Virus record (IMG/VR): IMGVR_UViG_3300050821_002969
Location: 64,001-103,362 of that record
Length of the DNA stretch: 39,362 nt
Strand: one strand, 5' to 3'
DNA from: a virus
Lineage: Duplodnaviria; Heunggongvirae; Uroviricota; Caudoviricetes
This document shows, one piece after another, positions 36,264-39,362 of this stretch (within the stretch, counting starts at the first letter, position 1; each line of letters starts with the position of its first letter). A program made the position numbers and the translations under genes. The notes beneath the pieces were generated by a model. The model saw only the letters and a program-made list of their open reading frames with translations, was not told where the DNA came from and searched no databases.

Positions 36264-36445
36264 TTGTGCTTTGCGATGAAGTCGTCGATAACGTCGGCTA
36301 CGATCTGGGCACGTTCTTCTTGGCTTTCAGCGTCAATGTAGGGTTCCTCGAATTCGCTTGGCCACGAGTCAACAAAAAAATAAATCGCTTGCTTCGTTTT
36401 CTGTGATACCAAGTAGTTCAGCGGCGCGGCGTTGGTAGCTGCCAA
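36260..36445 (-). CDS. Hypothetical protein
   Basis: ATGA-coupled ORF. Confidence 0.35.
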   Translation of the reverse strand: MAATNAAPLNYLVSQKTKQAIYFFVDSWPSEFEEPYIDAESQEERAQIVADVIDDFIAKHK

Positions 36446-36722
36446 TCAAGTCGGGGGATTCTGGGTCTAGGTTGTCGCCTATAATTTTTGTCCATCCGGC
36501 GATACAGCCAATCGTACCACAGGGGGGGATTGGTTGACTCTTGGCATCCCACGCCTTTATTTCAAAGTTAAACTTATGTTTTGACACTTTGCAGTAAGTT
36601 GATTCCGCAGCAATTTTGCGGTTAATAATCCAGTTGCTCATGCGCAGACGGGCGGGGTTATCGAGAATATGCTGCTTGACCTTCTTGAGCAGAGCTACGT
36701 TTAACGTACTTTTCTTTTTCAT
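36369..36722 (-). CDS. Hypothetical phage protein
   Basis: CGTIGCIAGW motif. Confidence 0.5.
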   Translation of the reverse strand: MKKKSTLNVALLKKVKQHILDNPARLRMSNWIINRKIAAESTYCKVSKHKFNFEIKAWDAKSQPIPPCGTIGCIAGWTKIIGDNLDPESPDLIGSYQRRAAELLGITENEASDLFFC

Positions 36723-36737
36723 TTGGTTCCTCTCCGG

Positions 36738-36965
36738 TTACTTAGAGTTGGATGCCGATACCTTGAAAAGCGTTGCACAAATAAAATTCAAGGCCAGCGC
36801 TTTCCAAACCGTTAATTCAGGTGCGCCAAAGACAGACTGAATAGCCGATGGCGTTAGCAAGTAGTTGATTACCCATTTTGTGGGATAGGCCATAACTACC
36901 GCTAGGCCGGTAATGGCCAAAAAGCCTAGCACGATTACGCCGATAACTTGGGCAAATTTATCCAT
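36738..36965 (-). CDS. Small membrane protein
   Basis: Two hydrophobic segments. Confidence 0.55.
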   Translation of the reverse strand: MDKFAQVIGVIVLGFLAITGLAVVMAYPTKWVINYLLTPSAIQSVFGAPELTVWKALALNFICATLFKVSASNSK

Positions 36966-37521
36966 TAACCACCTTGGGGTCGTAGTTTTTAAACTCTGGA
37001 TGCTTGCCTTGCGGCAGGCGGTCCATGGTTTCCTTTAGTCTGGCAAACGATACCGGCGCGAACTTCCACGAATCTACGCCAACATCTAACGACTTACCGA
37101 ATGTCGGCAAGCCGCCGTGGGAATGTCCATACAAATGCCACACACCGCGCAAGTCATGGTGCCACGTCCGCATCCCGTAATGGAATAAAACAATCTCTTG
37201 GCCTTCGACATTGATTTCGTCGTAGTGCTTAATAGACGCAAACCGCCACGGCATAGCCATTGCAATCTTTTCGTGATTGCCGATTATCAGATGAATCTCG
37301 CCGTGTAACTGCTTGGCTAGTTTTGCGATGTATTCCTTGTTGGCGTTGCGGCCAAACGCGAAGTCGCCTAAGTGGTAAACGGTATCCGTGGGCGAAACTG
37401 CGTTGTTCCAGTTATTGACAATCTCATTGTCCATTTCCCAAGATGATGCGAATGGGCGATTGCAATACTTGATAATGTTTCCGTGGCCAAAATGCGTGTC
37501 GCTAGTAAAGTGGGTGGTCAT
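36958..37521 (-). CDS. Calcineurin-like metallophosphoesterase
   Basis: SDTHFGH, HLGDFA, GNHE, FHY, GHSHG. Confidence 0.9.
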   Translation of the reverse strand: MTTHFTSDTHFGHGNIIKYCNRPFASSWEMDNEIVNNWNNAVSPTDTVYHLGDFAFGRNANKEYIAKLAKQLHGEIHLIIGNHEKIAMAMPWRFASIKHYDEINVEGQEIVLFHYGMRTWHHDLRGVWHLYGHSHGGLPTFGKSLDVGVDSWKFAPVSFARLKETMDRLPQGKHPEFKNYDPKVVNG

Positions 37522-37563
37522 GTTTCCTTAGATGCTTAACAACCCGTAAAAGGTCGCGGGAAG

Positions 37564-37794
37564 TTATTCGTGCTCAACCGTAAACGAAACATCGTTGGTT
37601 TCGGCTAGTTCTTGGATGTCGTTAACAAATTGATCCGCCCTAGACTGAAGTGTGCCCTCGTCTATTTCGCGGTCGGTTTCAAAGCCAAACGTTAAAAGCC
37701 ATTTACGCGGCGCTTCTGTGGTTGCCATGTTTTTCCCCCATTCTACAAGGTATTGGATGGCAGATTGCGGGAATTGGATGTAAAAGAAAAACAC
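37564..37794 (-). CDS. Hypothetical protein; real start likely MATTE near 37728
   Basis: Acidic ORF with RBS before the internal ATG. Confidence 0.4.
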   Translation of the reverse strand: MFFFYIQFPQSAIQYLVEWGKNMATTEAPRKWLLTFGFETDREIDEGTLQSRADQFVNDIQELAETNDVSFTVEHE

Positions 37795-37814
37795 CCCAGA
37801 TTACTCTGGGGTGT
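37782..37814 (-). terminator. Intrinsic terminator after the capsid gene
   Basis: ACACCCCAGA-TTAC-TCTGGGGTGT 10-bp stem with a minus-strand T run. Confidence 0.8.
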
Positions 37815-37830
37815 AAGTTGTTGAAAACGC

Positions 37831-39362
37831 TCAAGAAATCGACGCTTCTGCTTTCAGAAGTCGAAATCTTGGGTGGAGTGCCGCTGATTGTGGAACCCTC
37901 ATGGCTGCGTACTTAAAATTGTACGCGCATGAAGCGCCCACTACCCTTGCTGGATCGGCTACCGATGGTTCCCAGTTACGCACGATCAACTGATAATTCC
38001 GTTGTTCCGGGATTTCAGTTGCACCAAGCGATACCGAGAATACAGCATCTTGTCCGACAACGTAGGTACCGTAACCCGTCTTGCTTCCTGACGGGAAGGA
38101 CGCGAAGGTCGATGCGGTGGTTGTTTCAATGAATCGAGCGCCAGCTACATCTATTACGCGATACCCCTGTACACCACGCATGAGTTCTTCCGAACCCTCT
38201 TTGTGGTATTTGCAATCTGTTACCCGTAGTTTTTAACTACGCGGCCATCTCATTTCTGGATGACTCAATGCATCGCTGCATTGTTCGGACTATCTCTTTG
38301 CCCACTTGGGCATCGCCTATATAGTCTCTACACGTTCCCTTGCGGGCTTCGCTCGGTGTTTTCTCTTGCGAGACGTTCACCGAATTAGGGCGATTATCAG
38401 TTCTGGGTTTCCCTAGAATGACCCCGATGTTGAGGATATCAATTACGCCGCCTGCTGTATTGTCGTTCAGTCACTTTTGTTTTGGCAGCCAACGTCACCG
38501 TTGGTGCGCTCTTACTGTTACCAGCAAGGTCAGACTCTATCTTCACTAGGCGGCTGTCGCGCATTTCCTAGTGTCTGGCGTATTAGTCGTTACGGATTCT
38601 TGGTTATTGAGAAATTGGCAACGTTCCGCGAGTTTTTGTCTAACCTCGTGGTGTTTGCCTTCTAGGCGAACCCATTCGAGGGCCAACCTTGCTTGCTCTT
38701 GCTTGATTTTTAAATAAGGCAAGATTCCAAGCAGAAAAGGCTCCCGTGCTTCGCGTGTCAGAATGTGCCATGTCCAGCGCTTCCTGTGGTGCTCTTTTAC
38801 TTTTTTGACGCCGTAATAGCGCCCACCAAACATCCCCTGAATCCACGCAATGAGCGGGAAGTGAGAATTGTTGATGCTTATTTGCAACGAAGGCCGCATA
38901 AACGTTTTGGTTGATTTCCGGTAGTAGGTTTTGCCCTTAACCTTATAGGGCGCTCCTTCTCGGTTGGTTGCTTTCCCAAAACCCATGTAAATCGTGCCTT
39001 CAGCATCAAGCATAGAAGCGATGTACGACCAATCTGTATCTAGCATTTCTCGTAACCAAGCCTTTCCTCGGTATTGTCCTTGTGGACGTGATAATTATAA
39101 CACGGCAAGGGGTTCCACCGATATAGCCAGATTACGACCCATGTTTGTTTAGGTCGAACGCAGCAAAAGGGTGAATAATCCCAGCGAAAAGCCCATCCGT
39201 CTGGGGTCTAACGTCCGCACCACGCAGTGACATTACAGCCTGACGTGTCAACGATGCAGAAAGGAATTCGTTGTCAGTGCAGGAAATAACGATGCTGGTG
39301 TCGGCGGTAGCCTCAGCTTCAAACTCGGTACGAGCCAACGTGTTTGCTGTTAGAGCAGCACG
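37831..39362 (-). CDS. Major capsid protein, N4-gp56/P22-coat-like; 5'-truncated and spliced: join(39151..>39362, 38433..38471, 37831..38212)
   Basis: Spliced product RAALTANTL..GIIHPFAAFDL|LNDNTAGGVIDIL|KYHKEGSEELMRG..GARFIETT..YGTYVVGQDAV is one continuous frame. Confidence 0.85.
38213..38432 (-). ncRNA. Group I intron 2 (220 nt, ORF-less)
   Basis: P AAUUCGGUGAA, Q AACACCGAG, P7 GAGACUA/UAGUCC, P3 AUCGCC/GGCGAU, GCGA-capped P9, exon U.G pair, terminal G. Confidence 0.9.
38472..39150 (-). ncRNA. Group I intron 1 (679 nt) carrying a LAGLIDADG ORF
   Basis: P1 CGACCU/GGGUCG, P AUAUCGGUGGAA, Q AAUACCGAGG, P3 UCUGGC/GCCAGA, R GUAACGACUA, S GAAGAUAGAGUCU, terminal G. Confidence 0.9.
38546..39046 (-). 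CDS. Single-motif LAGLIDADG homing endonuclease (intron-encoded)
   Basis: YIASMLDAEGTI; LPYLKIKQEQA. Confidence 0.88.
   Translation of the reverse strand: MLDTDWSYIASMLDAEGTIYMGFGKATNREGAPYKVKGKTYYRKSTKTFMRPSLQISINNSHFPLIAWIQGMFGGRYYGVKKVKEHHRKRWTWHILTREAREPFLLGILPYLKIKQEQARLALEWVRLEGKHHEVRQKLAERCQFLNNQESVTTNTPDTRKCATAA

Noticed and set aside
39132-39338. Stand-alone 68-aa ORF and separate 116-aa ORF (37831..38181)
   Set aside because: Both are exon fragments of one capsid gene; the frame is open to the window edge, and the NKHGS tail is intron sequence

Overview
This is a phage or prophage segment with a podovirus-like layout. The host may be Acidobacteriota, an inference from the TatA N-terminus as I remember it. 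Bases ~9.8-39.4 kb form one minus-strand late block. It starts with an N4-gp56/P22-coat-like major capsid gene, truncated at the window edge and split by two group I introns around a 39-nt exon. Next come small accessory genes with two phosphoesterases, a glycosyltransferase/methyltransferase/epimerase cluster, and a 55-aa TatA that the ORF track missed. TatA is translationally coupled to a twin-arginine-signal protein built from rearranged capsid-like segments. The block ends with tailspike, adaptor, nozzle-like and ejection-like genes, interspersed with free-standing endonucleases and an adenine methyltransferase frameshifted in a G8 run. Bases 1-9.8 kb form an early/accessory region. It holds DUF932, an ART-like gene, three HExxH paralogues, a degenerate QueD-like gene, a hexapeptide-repeat gene, a short tyrosine recombinase, a repeated stop-palindrome-terminator motif and a ~390-nt highly structured intergenic element that may be an unknown ncRNA. 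All calls come from motif reading by eye; no database searches were run.
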